From the NCBI GenBank assembly GCA_963933835.1, contig CAWVVV010000001.1, positions 320,001 through 384,000 on the forward strand: DNA of 64,000 bases, in the 5' to 3' direction. The position numbers were made by a program, and so were the translations under genes. Numbering within the stretch: position 1 is the first letter of the stretch; the number at the start of each line of letters is the position of its first letter. Positions 63,699 to 64,000 of this stretch are shown here, in pieces. The notes beneath the pieces were generated by a model. It was not told the origin of the DNA. It was given only the letters and a program-made list of their open reading frames with translations, and ran no database searches. Source of the DNA: an uncultured Puniceicoccaceae bacterium. GTDB taxonomy: Bacteria; Verrucomicrobiota; Verrucomicrobiia; Opitutales; Oceanipulchritudinaceae.

Positions 63699-64000
63699 AT
63701 GGAGACAACTCTCTTAACAGATGGCAGCGTGCATCCCCAAAGTGGTATCGGTTTTGGAGCCTACCTAACTTTTCAGGGAACGCTGGATACTTTAGATGCC
63801 TTAAGTGACCGAATAAAAGTCAGGCAGTTTGAAGACACCTCATCAACAAAACTGGAAATACAAACACTCCTGTGGGCATTGTCTGAAATCCCCGAAAGAG
63901 AGATCCTTTCCTATACTGATTCTCAAAATATCGTAGGGCTGTTATCGAGGAAGGATAGATTAACCAAAAACGGTTACGCTTCTAAGGGAGGCAGTCTGAT
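63699..64000 (+). CDS. RNase H-like (RNase HI family) protein, partial
   Basis: Manual translation: METTLLTDGSVHPQSGIGFGAY...TSSTKLEIQTLLWAL...YTDSQNI, with the D-E-D acidic triad. Runs off the window. Confidence 0.82.
   Translation, partial: METTLLTDGSVHPQSGIGFGAYLTFQGTLDTLDALSDRIKVRQFEDTSSTKLEIQTLLWALSEIPEREILSYTDSQNIVGLLSRKDRLTKNGYASKGGSL

Overview
A 64-kb bacterial chromosomal segment of moderately high GC. Gene content (PEP-CTERM proteins, nusA-infB without rimP, GH16/GH149, YHYH, DUF748) suggests Verrucomicrobiota, probably Opitutia; this is inference. The housekeeping backbone is intact: sucAB-lpdA, rpsO, pnp, nusA-infB-rbfA-nrnA-truB-ribF, xerD, argA, mpl, purD, a Ser/Thr kinase-rpoN-tsaB-alr block, korAB, gpsA, prc and tRNA-Gly(TCC). 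There is also a five-gene glucosylglycerate/mannosylglucosylglycerate-type compatible-solute cluster whose gpgS overlaps an M20-fold gene lacking the catalytic Glu-Glu motif. Many accessory genes are broken by nonsense codons, frameshifts or deletion junctions that join fragments of unrelated genes (pntA/GH149, haloperoxidase/DUF748, ClC/DoxX, two PEP-CTERM genes, YHYH). This indicates ongoing genome erosion or a chimeric assembly. Intergenic DNA carries a modular repeat family (GGAG-REP palindromes, ATCCGTG decamer doublets, TCANNAT heptamer arrays) and candidate structured leaders upstream of rpsO, pnp and nusA. No CRISPR array, rRNA, transposase or prophage was found. All family assignments come from motif recognition, not database searches.
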